NCBI GenBank assembly: GCA_001793235.1
Contig: MGHM01000015.1
Span: forward strand, 1-52,175
Length of the DNA stretch: 52,175 nt
Origin: Candidatus Woesebacteria bacterium RIFCSPLOWO2_01_FULL_44_24b
GTDB lineage: Bacteria > Patescibacteriota > Microgenomatia > UBA8517
Direction of reading: 5' to 3'
Positions 37,250 to 46,702 of the stretch are shown here, one piece after another. How positions within the stretch are numbered: position 1 is the stretch's first letter; each line of letters opens with the position of its first letter. The notes beneath the pieces were generated by a model, which saw nothing but the letters and a program-made list of their open reading frames with translations, ran no database searches and was not told where the DNA came from. The position numbers and the translations under genes were made by a program.

Positions 37250-38782
37250 ATGCTCACGAAAATTCTCTCGGCCAGCCACTTTGGCCTTGAGATTACCCCC
37301 ATTGATGTGGAAGTAAATATCTTCAAAAAAGGTTTTCCGGGTTTTAACATCATCGGCCTTCCCAATAAAGCCGTTGAGGAGGCAAAAGAGAGGGTTAAAA
37401 CCGCACTCGACAATTCCGGAGTCGAGTTTCCACAAGCCAAAATCGTGGTTAATTTAGCGCCTGCCGATATTCCCAAAGAGGGAGCAGGGTTTGACTTGCC
37501 CATTGCCATGGGTATTTTGGCCTCGCTTGAGGGGGTCAAGATGCCGGCTGAAAAAACCATGTTTTTTGGCGAGTTGTCCTTAGACGGAAGTCTGAGGCAC
37601 ACCAAAGGGGTATTTCTTTTAGCAGTTGGCGCCAAGAAACTAAAGGTAAAATACTTGTTTGTGCCTAAAGACGCGGCGAGCGAGGGAAGTGTGGTGGCTG
37701 GGGTTAATGTCTATCCGGTTGAGTCCATCACTCAGATTATCGAGCACCTGAATGGCGTGTCTCATATAAAACCAGTGAGGTCTTCGGCCAGGATGACCAA
37801 GGATGTTTTGACGCCCGAGTTCGATTTTTCAGAAGTTGTAGGTCAGGCTCAGGCCAAGCGTGCCATGGAGATAGCCGCAGCTGGCGGGCACAATATCTTT
37901 ATGATGGGTCCGCCGGGCGCGGGAAAAACGATGCTGGCTAGGGCACTGGCTGGGATTTTGCCACCCTTGGCTGAAGAGGAAAGTCTTGAAGTGACCAAAA
38001 TTTATTCTGTCACCGGCAATATCGCACCCGGTGAGTCACTAGTTTGGCAGCGGCCCTTTCGTGTCAGCCATCATACAACCAGCCGCATTGGTTTAATTGG
38101 CGGGGGCAGTAACCCCCATCCCGGGGAGATTTCGCTTGCACACCGTGGAGTTTTGTTTTTAGACGAATTCCCCGAGTTTAGCCGGGGAACCTTGGAGGCT
38201 TTGCGCCAGCCCTTGGAAGACGGTAAGGTGGCAATCACGCGGGCCGCCGGCTCAGTAACTTTCCCGGCCGAGTTTATGCTCGTTGCCGCGGCCAACCCTT
38301 GCCCGTGCGGCTATTTGGGGGACCCCAAGCGTGCGTGCAAGTGTACGCCGAGGCAGATTCTTAAGTACCACTCAAAGCTTTCGGGTCCGCTCATGGATAG
38401 AATAGACCTCCATATTAACGTCCCCATGGTGGACATAGAAAAACTTATTCCCAGAGATGGCAAGGTTCGCCCTGAGGAGAGCTCTACCAAAGTCCGCGGG
38501 AGGGTGCTTCAGGCTCGGGAAATTCAAAATAAACGCTTTAAAAAGTCCGGCATTTTTACCAATAGTGACATGAAGAATAAGCACATAAAGGAGCATTGCA
38601 AGATCGAGCCAGCTTCACTCGCGCTTCTTAAGCAGGCGGTTAATAATTACAATCTTTCAGCCCGCACATATTTTAGGTTAATTAAGGTTTCACAGACAAT
38701 TGCGGATTTGGGTGGAGAAGATGGTATAAAACCAAATCATGTGGCAGAGGCACTACAATACAGGATCCGTGTTGAAGGATAG
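37250..38782 (+). CDS. comM: YifB/ComM Mg-chelatase-like AAA+ helicase
   Basis: VVNLAPADIPKEGAGFDLPIA, GPPGAGKT, GEISLAHRGVLFLDE, NPCPCGY, LSGPLMDRIDL. Confidence 0.95.
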   Translation: MLTKILSASHFGLEITPIDVEVNIFKKGFPGFNIIGLPNKAVEEAKERVKTALDNSGVEFPQAKIVVNLAPADIPKEGAGFDLPIAMGILASLEGVKMPAEKTMFFGELSLDGSLRHTKGVFLLAVGAKKLKVKYLFVPKDAASEGSVVAGVNVYPVESITQIIEHLNGVSHIKPVRSSARMTKDVLTPEFDFSEVVGQAQAKRAMEIAAAGGHNIFMMGPPGAGKTMLARALAGILPPLAEEESLEVTKIYSVTGNIAPGESLVWQRPFRVSHHTTSRIGLIGGGSNPHPGEISLAHRGVLFLDEFPEFSRGTLEALRQPLEDGKVAITRAAGSVTFPAEFMLVAAANPCPCGYLGDPKRACKCTPRQILKYHSKLSGPLMDRIDLHINVPMVDIEKLIPRDGKVRPEESSTKVRGRVLQAREIQNKRFKKSGIFTNSDMKNKHIKEHCKIEPASLALLKQAVNNYNLSARTYFRLIKVSQTIADLGGEDGIKPNHVAEALQYRIRVEG

Positions 38783-38783
38783 T

Positions 38784-39146
38784 TTAAGTCTCGGACTCCC
38801 ATTTAATTCTGACTGGATGACGCTTTCCGGGGCTGTTCAGATTTCGCCCTTCAAATAAGAGATTTATATTGTCTCTTTCCAAAGTTCTGGGCCTGGCAAC
38901 ATATAGGACTTCTACTTCTGGTTGAGGAGTTGTTGCCAAAGAAGCAGACAATTCTAAGACCTCCAGTTGTATAGTGTCTGGGTCCTTAGCCGTTACCTTA
39001 GCAACAATAGTCGGTGCCCCAACCAGTATCTTTCTCTCAAGTTCACCGAGAGAAATTTCATGAAGGACTTTGTTGTTTTCGACTGGTTTCCAGTCTTTTC
39101 TTGGCACTATTCCGAGGAAAGTACCGCTCTCGACAAGTGGACTCAT
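38784..39146 (-). CDS. Hypothetical protein (120 aa)
   Basis: Fills the comM-yraN gap; TATAAT (39153-39158, minus strand) lies 6 nt upstream of its ATG. Confidence 0.65.
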   Translation of the reverse strand: MSPLVESGTFLGIVPRKDWKPVENNKVLHEISLGELERKILVGAPTIVAKVTAKDPDTIQLEVLELSASLATTPQPEVEVLYVARPRTLERDNINLLFEGRNLNSPGKRHPVRIKWESET

Positions 39147-39200
39147 TAGTTGATTATAGGACAGTGGTGAATATTGTCAATTGCTTGGTAGAATGAATAA

Positions 39201-39581
39201 GTGAAACAGCAGAATTATCGAAAAGGAAAAAGAGGGGAAGAGATTGCCGAGTCTTATCTAAGGAGGCAGGGCTTTCAAATTATTGAGAAAAATTATCATA
39301 CCAGATTTGGCGAGATTGATATTATTGCCACACGCGATTCCAAACTACATTTTGTGGAAGTAAAGTTGAAAATAGGGGAGCATTTTGGAACACCGGAAGA
39401 AATGATAGACAAACGGAAACTCTGGCAAGTTACTCGCACTGCCGAGAGTTACTTACTAACAAACAGAGACATTGCCACTAAGTTTCCGGAGATTCGCGTT
39501 GATGCTTTTTGTGTTGTATTAGATACGGAGGGAAACGAGCAAAGGGCGGATTTCTACGAAAACTTAACAGGAGATATGTAA
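39201..39581 (+). CDS. yraN: YraN-family PD-(D/E)xK nuclease
   Basis: GKRGEEIAESYL, GEIDIIA, FVEVK. Confidence 0.92.
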   Translation: MKQQNYRKGKRGEEIAESYLRRQGFQIIEKNYHTRFGEIDIIATRDSKLHFVEVKLKIGEHFGTPEEMIDKRKLWQVTRTAESYLLTNRDIATKFPEIRVDAFCVVLDTEGNEQRADFYENLTGDM

Positions 39582-40454
39582 ATGGAATGGACCGATTGTC
39601 CGGTAAATAATCTAAGTAAAGGAGATAAAGATTACCCTAAAAGTTTGTTGGAGTTAGCGCAACCTCCAAGTAGAATTTATTACCGAGGTGAGCTTAGCGA
39701 TGGGATTTTAGATAAGACTATTGCCATAGTCGGTAGTCGCCGTATGACTCGTTATGGCGCCTCAGTGGTTGATAAGTTTGTTTCTGCCTTTGTAACTGCC
39801 GGAATTACAACAGTTTCTGGCTATATGTACGGAGTAGATACCGAAGTTCACGGTAAAACCGTAGAATATGGAGGGCAAACCATCGCCGTAATGGGAGGTG
39901 GTATTAGTCGACCTTATCCGCCGGAAAATGATGAATTGTATACAAAAATACTACAAAGTGGTGGGGTAGTACTTTCGGAATATAAACCCGAGCAAAAACC
40001 ACACATTTGGGCATTTCCTCAAAGAAACAGAATTATTGCAGCTCTCGCAACTTTGGGGGTTTTAGTTATAGAAGCGGGGGAGGGCAGTGGGTCTTTGATT
40101 ACTGTGCGCTATGCCAAGAAGTTAAAAAAGAAAATTTTTGCAATACCGGGACCTATCTCGTCGTCAGTTTCAGTGGTCACCAATTATTTAATTAAAAATG
40201 GGATAGCGAGTCTTGTAACAGACCCTGAAGATATTTTGAAAATAAAGAAAAAAATGAATAAAAAAGATAAATCAATAATTGACCTGACAGGGATAGAGAA
40301 AGATATATATGAGGTTCTGCGGCGCGAAGAGCTAACTATGGATGAAATCGCGATAAAATTAGACAAAGACATGGTGGAAGTGAGTACCGCGGTTTCCATA
40401 ATGGCCTTGCGTGGAGTGATTTCCGAGGCGGGTGGGAAGTATTTTGTTGTATAA
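39582..40454 (+). CDS. dprA: DNA processing protein DprA (no N-terminal SAM domain)
   Basis: IAIVGSR, VSGYMYGVD, FPQRNRIIA, VIEAGEGSGSLIT, AIPG; C-terminal winged helix. Confidence 0.93.
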   Translation: MEWTDCPVNNLSKGDKDYPKSLLELAQPPSRIYYRGELSDGILDKTIAIVGSRRMTRYGASVVDKFVSAFVTAGITTVSGYMYGVDTEVHGKTVEYGGQTIAVMGGGISRPYPPENDELYTKILQSGGVVLSEYKPEQKPHIWAFPQRNRIIAALATLGVLVIEAGEGSGSLITVRYAKKLKKKIFAIPGPISSSVSVVTNYLIKNGIASLVTDPEDILKIKKKMNKKDKSIIDLTGIEKDIYEVLRREELTMDEIAIKLDKDMVEVSTAVSIMALRGVISEAGGKYFVV

Positions 40455-40464
40455 TACCCATGCT

Positions 40465-41358
40465 ATGGTGCAAAAAGTAACTAAGGCTGTAATCCCGGCC
40501 GCCGGCTTTGGCACGCGGTTTTTACCCCAGACCAAGGCCATGCCCAAAGAGATGCTCCCCATTGTGGATAAGCCTGTTATTCAGATAGTAGTTGAAGGCT
40601 TGGTCGAAGCCGGCATCAAAGACATTATTATAGTTACCGGCTATCATAAGCGTTCAATTGAAGACCATTTTGACGCGCCTTCGGTGGACTTGGTGACAAA
40701 TCTTAAAATGGGAGGGGAAAAGAAAAAGCATTTACTGGAAGAGGTCGAGCAGATAGGCAACTTGGCCAATTTTATTTATGTTCGCCAAAAGGGTCCGTAT
40801 GGCAATGGAACTCCTCTCATGAATGTGCGCACATTAATCGGCGACGAGCCATTTATCTACACATGGAGCGATGACTTTATAAGAGCAGAAGTAAACGAGT
40901 TTAGTGAGCTTATCAGACTTTATAAAAAATACAATGCCAGCGTGCTCTCAAGCATTAAACTTACGAAAGACGAAGATTATGACAGGTTTGGAGTAGCTGC
41001 AGGGAAGGAGATAGAAGACGGAGTAATAGAAGTCGAGACAATTGTAGAAAAACCAGGTAAGGAGAAAGCCCCGGGGAACTTGGGCAATGTTTCTTCTTCT
41101 TTGTTTACTTCCGATATTTTTAATTATTTAGACAAAGTCATGGAAAACTTGAGAGCGGGGGAGGAGTTTTACTACAACGATGCGATAAAGCTAATGATGG
41201 AGGATGGGAAACGGATTTTGGCAGCCGAAATAAAAAACGCCAAATATTATGACACTGGAAATAAAATGGGCTATTTAAGGGCGGTGGTTGACGAAGCCCT
41301 GAGGCACAAGGGGATTAATGGGGAATTTAGGCAGTATTTGAAAGAAGTGGTTAAATAG
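40465..41358 (+). CDS. galU: UTP--glucose-1-phosphate uridylyltransferase
   Basis: KAVIPAAGFGTRFLPQTKAMPKEMLPIVDKP, VEKP, DTGN. Confidence 0.9.
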   Translation: MVQKVTKAVIPAAGFGTRFLPQTKAMPKEMLPIVDKPVIQIVVEGLVEAGIKDIIIVTGYHKRSIEDHFDAPSVDLVTNLKMGGEKKKHLLEEVEQIGNLANFIYVRQKGPYGNGTPLMNVRTLIGDEPFIYTWSDDFIRAEVNEFSELIRLYKKYNASVLSSIKLTKDEDYDRFGVAAGKEIEDGVIEVETIVEKPGKEKAPGNLGNVSSSLFTSDIFNYLDKVMENLRAGEEFYYNDAIKLMMEDGKRILAAEIKNAKYYDTGNKMGYLRAVVDEALRHKGINGEFRQYLKEVVK

Positions 41359-41368
41359 CTTCTTTTGT

Positions 41369-41842
41369 TTAAAGTAACAGACTAGCCACTAATATTGTGA
41401 TCAATATTAAAGCGAGCGAAAAAAGTATAGTTTGCAGAGTTGCGGCAAGAGTGTTTCCTTCTCGTTTTAACGGATCCTTTTCCTTTAGGTTATTAATGAG
41501 TTTTTGTGCTGCATCGTACTCAAACTCTTCGTAATAACTTTCTATTTTATTGTTTCGCATCTGATAAGATTCGAAAAATTGTCTATCAACATGGTACTGG
41601 ATCAAACCTGTAACTACTGATGCGATAAGAAAAAGCAGTATCAGAATAATTAAACTCTTTTGATCTGAAGTAAGTGTAACATTGAAGATTTCCAAAGAAG
41701 CAAATAAGGGAATTAAAGTTGAAGCAATGGCCAGCAGCTTATTGCTAACTTCAAATTCGCGCTCGTTTGCTAAACGATTCCAGTAAAGTGCATCGTTGCC
41801 AGCTTTTTCTTTTTCCCTTTGCCTCTTTTCTTCTTTATCCAT
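41369..41842 (-). CDS. Hypothetical membrane protein (about 3 hydrophobic segments)
   Basis: 157-aa ORF starting 30 nt downstream of tRNA-Cys. Confidence 0.7.
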   Translation of the reverse strand: MDKEEKRQREKEKAGNDALYWNRLANEREFEVSNKLLAIASTLIPLFASLEIFNVTLTSDQKSLIILILLFLIASVVTGLIQYHVDRQFFESYQMRNNKIESYYEEFEYDAAQKLINNLKEKDPLKREGNTLAATLQTILFSLALILITILVASLLL

Positions 41843-41871
41843 CTTTTAAATAAGAGGGGCAGAATGATGGG

Positions 41872-41944
41872 AGACCGGGATGGGATTCGAACCCACGCAT
41901 AAAGGTTTTGCAGACCTTTCCCTTAACCTCTTGGGTACCCGGTC
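41872..41944 (-). tRNA. tRNA-Cys (GCA); CCA end not encoded
   Basis: Acceptor stem GACCGGG/CCCGGTC, anticodon arm AAGGT-CTGCAAA-ACCTT, T-loop TTCGAAT, U discriminator followed by CCC; extended -10 TGTTAGAAT at 41958-41966. Confidence 0.96.
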
Positions 41945-42284
41945 AAGATATGCACATATTCTAACATAAAACCCCTTGCTGGTGAGGTGAGGGGAGAGGA
42001 GACATAATAAACCCGAATTACTCTTTTTTTCAGTTGCTGAGACTTTCTGTGGCTCGGCCGTGGCAGACTCAGGAACTCGCACCATAACAACTTCGTTTTA
42101 GACCGTGGTTTTGGCCTAATGGTAAGCGGGGAAGGGAGGAGAGAGTATCAAACTATATCACCAGTTGTGGATAGTTTTCACGAATGAAAAGTCTTGGCAT
42201 TCTTAAATTTAGATTGCCAAAGCAAGAAACGTAAACGACTAAAATATTTTGTAAGACATGGCGTATCTGGGTTATAGTGAGCAT

Positions 42285-42863
42285 GTGAGATTAATCCGAA
42301 AACTCAGCTCTACTCCCAATATAGGCTATGTGCTTATGGGAATCGGCGTTATTGTTATAGGACTTGTACTATATCAAATAGTATCATTCGACAGTGCAGC
42401 CTTGTTGGTGGAGTCAAACGTAGAGGCCAGTGTGTTTATTAACGGTGAAGAAAAGGGAAAAACTCCGCTAGAGATGGAAGTAAAAGAGGAGGAAATAGTT
42501 CTTAGGCTGGTTCCGGCAGACTCTGCACTCCCCCCTTATGACACAAAGGTCAACCTGACTGAAGGCACGAAAACTATTGTGCGACGCGAGTTCGGGGAGA
42601 GTATTGTGACGTCTTCCAGCCAAGTTGTTCAATTGGAAAAAGTAAACACTAACGGTTCTGAGATTGCGATAGTTTCAATACCGGATGGTGTGGACGTGTC
42701 TTTAGATGGCCAGAAACTAGGCTCCACTCCCCTGAGGTTTATGGCTTCCCCGGGCGAGCACACCTTAAATGTTTCTTCGGCTGGCCACAAGGATGTAAGT
42801 CTTAGGGTTGTAGCAGTTTACGGCTATGTTGTAAATGTGGTGGTGAGTTTGGCAGCTAAATAG
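42285..42863 (+). CDS. PEGA-domain protein (start GTG 42285 preferred over ATG 42258)
   Basis: VESNVEASVFINGEEKGKTP and SIPDGVDVSLDGQKLGSTP repeats; TATAGT 6 nt before the in-frame GTG. Confidence 0.85.
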   Translation: MRLIRKLSSTPNIGYVLMGIGVIVIGLVLYQIVSFDSAALLVESNVEASVFINGEEKGKTPLEMEVKEEEIVLRLVPADSALPPYDTKVNLTEGTKTIVRREFGESIVTSSSQVVQLEKVNTNGSEIAIVSIPDGVDVSLDGQKLGSTPLRFMASPGEHTLNVSSAGHKDVSLRVVAVYGYVVNVVVSLAAK

Positions 42864-43809
42864 CGGCAGAGTAAGTCGCAACCCCTCCATAGAGTATCCA
42901 GACGACCAGAAAGACCCAGATAAAAACCGAGATAATAAGGCCTTTGTCGGTTAGAAGTAGCTTCTCCGGAGCCTCGGAGCGCTCGGCAAATATCAAGGAC
43001 TCGTATCTCATGATGCCGAAGATGGTCACAGGGATAGTGATCATAAGAAGCTTGTTGATTGAGGCCGTGTTACTAAGTTCTGCCAGAAATATCCACAAGT
43101 TTGTAACGACTCGGGGAGACTCGTAAAAAGTAAATAGTGCCCAGCTCATCCATGCAGCGTTTCCAAACATAGTGACGTACGAGTTAAGCAGTTCTCGAGA
43201 ATACCCGGCAAGGCTTTTCCTGGTCTCCCCTGCTCCCCCAAGAGAGCCGTATTCTGCTCTTCTTTTGCCTGCCGCCAAGAATAGTGCCACTGATATTACG
43301 CACAGGAGAAACCAAACAGAAAGGTGAGCTTCGATGATAAAGGCGCCGGAATATACGCGAATGACAAACCCGGCGGCGATTATAAGGATGTCCACGACAT
43401 GAATGTGCTTTAGCGCCACCGAATAGGCAATTTGCATAACTACATAGATGGAAAGGAGAATGAAAAAGAAGTGGGAAATTGCTTCTGCCCAGACAAGGGC
43501 GGTGGACAGTAGGGTTGCCGCAACAACTGCTGCCATCCACACCGGTATTTTCCCGCTGGCAATTGGCCGGTTTTTCTTTCTTGGATGAGCGCGATCACGC
43601 TCAACGTCGAAGATGTCGTTAATTATGTATATGCCACTCGCCAGAAGACTGAATGCCAAAAATGCCCAAAAGACGGTCTTAAATTGTATTGGATCCATGA
43701 GGCCACCTGAAAAAACAAGGGCCGCGAATATTCCCAAGTTCTTGACCCAATGAACAGGTCGTGCAAGTTTAATTAACTGGATTGGCGTGTCTGCCGAAAA
43801 GTTAGCCAT
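42856..43809 (-). CDS. UbiA-family prenyltransferase, decaprenyl-phosphate phosphoribosyltransferase-like
   Basis: LARPVHWVKNL, YIINDIFD...DRAHPRKKNRPIASG, LKHIHVVDIL, GKRRAE. Confidence 0.85.
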   Translation of the reverse strand: MANFSADTPIQLIKLARPVHWVKNLGIFAALVFSGGLMDPIQFKTVFWAFLAFSLLASGIYIINDIFDVERDRAHPRKKNRPIASGKIPVWMAAVVAATLLSTALVWAEAISHFFFILLSIYVVMQIAYSVALKHIHVVDILIIAAGFVIRVYSGAFIIEAHLSVWFLLCVISVALFLAAGKRRAEYGSLGGAGETRKSLAGYSRELLNSYVTMFGNAAWMSWALFTFYESPRVVTNLWIFLAELSNTASINKLLMITIPVTIFGIMRYESLIFAERSEAPEKLLLTDKGLIISVFIWVFLVVWILYGGVATYSAAI

Positions 43810-44843
43810 AAGATTAATCCCCCAACGAGAAATATCAGACCTAGTATAGTATACAGTTTCCACTGCCCGTTTACCCAGAGAGCAATGAGTCCGAGGACTC
43901 CCGTCACTGCCCAGTAAAAATAGGCAACTTTTCGTTTACTCCAGCCAATATCCAATAAGCGGTGGTGAAGGTGTCCGTGGTCCCCCCATACCGGCGACTT
44001 ACCTTGGGCAATACGCCTTATTACGGTATACCCCGAGTCAATCAGGGGAACCCCTAACACCAGAAATAGTGTACCCACTTTTGTGGTTGTGAGGATGGAA
44101 AGTACTCCCAGCATAAAGCCGGCTAAGTTGGAGCCGGAAAAGCCGGGCATGATTTTTTGAGGATATTTATGCCAGGGTAGAAAGCCCAAAAAAGCACCGG
44201 AAAGTATTGCAGCCAAGGTTGTCACCGGCCACTCGGTGATGTCTGCAGAAAACCTGAAGGAAAGGATAGCAATCACCAAGGCGGCTATGGCAATTACTCC
44301 GGACAATTGCCCGTCCACCCCTTTTGCCCCCCAGTTAATGAAATTCATCAAGGTTACTATCCAGAAAACCGCGAAAAGATCCGAAAGTATCCAAATACTT
44401 CGGGTCTCACCCAGAAGAAAAAACTCAACTCTAGGGTGGGACAAGTCCAAGAGTCCAAACGGGCTGTTCCAGTAGGCTATACCAATTCCGGCGGCAATCG
44501 GTACACTTGCTGCAATAAACTGAATAATAAGGCGTAAGTACGGGTTTAGATTGTATCGGTCGTCCAAAACTCCCATCAGAACCAAGATTGAAGCGCCTCC
44601 GAGAATGCCGGCAAGGTGCTTGTCCACAGGAAGCAATATAAGCGACCCAATTACTATGGCAAAAAATATAGCCAAGCCACCAGCCCGTGGAGTTGGCTTT
44701 TTGTGAATCACCTTTGGCTGGCGGTTGACACTCGGGTCGTCAATAAGGCCCCATTTCCATGCCAACTTTATAACCCATGGCGTTAGTGTGTACGATACGC
44801 CTGCCGCCAGGATTAGTGGTAAGATGAGTAAAGTTTCGATCAT
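43773..44843 (-). CDS. MraY/WecA (GT4-like) polyprenyl-phosphate sugar-1-phosphate transferase
   Basis: TPRAGGLAI, GVLDD, NFINW..KGVDG, IMPGFSGS, DHGHLHHRL. Confidence 0.88.
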   Translation of the reverse strand: MIETLLILPLILAAGVSYTLTPWVIKLAWKWGLIDDPSVNRQPKVIHKKPTPRAGGLAIFFAIVIGSLILLPVDKHLAGILGGASILVLMGVLDDRYNLNPYLRLIIQFIAASVPIAAGIGIAYWNSPFGLLDLSHPRVEFFLLGETRSIWILSDLFAVFWIVTLMNFINWGAKGVDGQLSGVIAIAALVIAILSFRFSADITEWPVTTLAAILSGAFLGFLPWHKYPQKIMPGFSGSNLAGFMLGVLSILTTTKVGTLFLVLGVPLIDSGYTVIRRIAQGKSPVWGDHGHLHHRLLDIGWSKRKVAYFYWAVTGVLGLIALWVNGQWKLYTILGLIFLVGGLILWLTFRQTRQSS

Positions 44844-44844
44844 G

Positions 44845-45198
44845 CTAAAAGTTACCGACCAGAAATACTATTTTGAGGGTTGTAACCAGGGCAAGTACTG
44901 TGGCTGTCGCCATTCCTCCGAAAAGAACTTTTTTTAAAAAGTCGTCCCCGAGGACTTTTCCAATAATAATACTCGACACGCAAATTGAAAGTGCCGACGC
45001 GCTTGGCATCACGAGATTTGCACTCGGCGCCAGCTGCTCTGCGCCATAAGGGTTGCCGTAAAAAAGCGGCAGAACCGGCGGGAGTGCTGTTTTTGCGAAT
45101 GTAATTGCGAGGATTGTAAGTAAATTAACAGCCAGAAGAAACAAGCTCCAGTTCGCAAGCGGCATGGACGCAACAATCTGTTGGTACGAGAGCTTCAT
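44845..45198 (-). CDS. Small membrane protein (3 TM, LPLFY motif); start chosen at ATG 45198
   Basis: Hydrophobic helices; LPPVLPLFYGNPYGAEQLA. Confidence 0.65.
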   Translation of the reverse strand: MKLSYQQIVASMPLANWSLFLLAVNLLTILAITFAKTALPPVLPLFYGNPYGAEQLAPSANLVMPSASALSICVSSIIIGKVLGDDFLKKVLFGGMATATVLALVTTLKIVFLVGNF

Positions 45199-45208
45199 GA
45201 GGTGTATT

Positions 45209-46702
45209 TTAGCGCTTGATGGGTAAATTTGTCGACTTCCAGACCAAAACGCCGTCAATGTTTTGTATCAACAAGTAGCCGTCCTGCAAAAAACCTGAGA
45301 GTAGTGGGAACGGGCGGGAGTCCGGCAGGACAACGACAAACTTTGGTTTAGTGGAGTGAAGTTGAGTGACAATTTCCTCCTGGCTTGAAAAGTCAATGAT
45401 GTGGTAATCTGCAACGTAGCGGACTGGCGGGAGCCTTTTGGATAAGGCATAGATGGTCGCGCTGTCGCCCCAGACAAAAACAGGGTCAGTCTTTTCGCTT
45501 GAAGTGACCAAAAACTCAGCTATTTTGTAGTTTCTGGCTGCATTTTTATCAAAACTGGTGAAGTATTCCTCTTTTGATATTTGCCCACTCACAAAGGCCA
45601 CAAAGCGCTGATAATAAGGCAGGCTCGGGTAGTACCAAAATTGGTAGCGGACTACTGCGATTAGAACCAGAAACATGGGAAGAACTGCTAAAGACTGTTC
45701 GATACTTCGGGCCGCCGCAAGCATTCCCACTAGTAAACTTACAGTTGGCACCAACTGAACCAAGTAGTGAGGGTACGGCCGCTCGGACAGCGTGGCCGCA
45801 AACAAAGAGAACAAAAGCCAGCCGACTATAAATATAAACTTTTTGGTGAGCTTATTTCTAAACAGATAAAGCAGGAGCAGGCCTGAGAGCAAAACACCGG
45901 TACGCATGAGTAGCGGCCCGTTTCGGGTGAGGAAAGGCTCGGAGACATCACTCGGGCGCCAAGAAGAAAGATAGCCGACGTTTTGCAAAAATGCTGCCGT
46001 AAGGTATTGGGTAAGCGCGCCCTGCAGCCAGTACCAAATGATGGTCAAAAGAATTGGAATTGCAAACCCCGCAAAAAGAATGGCGGTCTGCACTGCCACT
46101 TTTGCAATGTTCTTGCCGCGCAGCTTAATTGCCACAAGCCACAAAAAGACAATTGCACCCATATCAAATACGGCCGGCACTTTAAATAATGTACTAATAG
46201 AAAAGAAAATGCCCGCTATAAATAAGTTTTTCGCGCTTAACTTCTGAGTTAAGAGAATTAGAAAAGCCGCCATGGTCGGCGCAAGCATAAAAAGTTCAGC
46301 GTTTGGAATGCGGCCCTCCAGAAGGGGCAGGGTTGTGAGTAGTGCAAAGGCCACGGTCGAAACTTTTACAATCAGGCTGTTTTTTGGAAATAGCGCCTCG
46401 GCCAATCTCCAAAAGAGGATGGTGGTTGCCATCATCCAGCCGGCCAAAATAGCTCGAAAGAGGAAAAGGTTTCCGGCGAGTCCCGCAATTAAATATAAAA
46501 GTGGTGGCTTGTTGTCGTGAATGTCGCGGTAGAGGACCATTCCGCGTCGAGCGGCCTCGCCGAGGTTTAGGTAGATCATCTCGTCCCCGTAGTGATATGG
46601 CTCAAGGAAAGTGGGTATTCTAAACAGGAAAATTATCGCAAGAATAAGAACAACCCATCCCGGAGCGTGAATCTTGTCTAATATTTTATTCGCTTTAACC
46701 AT
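45209..46702 (-). CDS. GT-C fold (ArnT/PMT-like) glycosyltransferase
   Basis: YGDEMIY, DNKPPLLY, NAELF, KVPA; multi-TM. Confidence 0.8.
   Translation of the reverse strand: MVKANKILDKIHAPGWVVLILAIIFLFRIPTFLEPYHYGDEMIYLNLGEAARRGMVLYRDIHDNKPPLLYLIAGLAGNLFLFRAILAGWMMATTILFWRLAEALFPKNSLIVKVSTVAFALLTTLPLLEGRIPNAELFMLAPTMAAFLILLTQKLSAKNLFIAGIFFSISTLFKVPAVFDMGAIVFLWLVAIKLRGKNIAKVAVQTAILFAGFAIPILLTIIWYWLQGALTQYLTAAFLQNVGYLSSWRPSDVSEPFLTRNGPLLMRTGVLLSGLLLLYLFRNKLTKKFIFIVGWLLFSLFAATLSERPYPHYLVQLVPTVSLLVGMLAAARSIEQSLAVLPMFLVLIAVVRYQFWYYPSLPYYQRFVAFVSGQISKEEYFTSFDKNAARNYKIAEFLVTSSEKTDPVFVWGDSATIYALSKRLPPVRYVADYHIIDFSSQEEIVTQLHSTKPKFVVVLPDSRPFPLLSGFLQDGYLLIQNIDGVLVWKSTNLPIKR

Noticed and set aside
41846-42085. 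79-aa ORF
   Set aside because: Runs through the tRNA-Cys gene on the same strand; no family motif.
42166-42174. DnaA-box-like TGTGGATAG
   Set aside because: Single one-mismatch 9-mer far from the origin; expected by chance.
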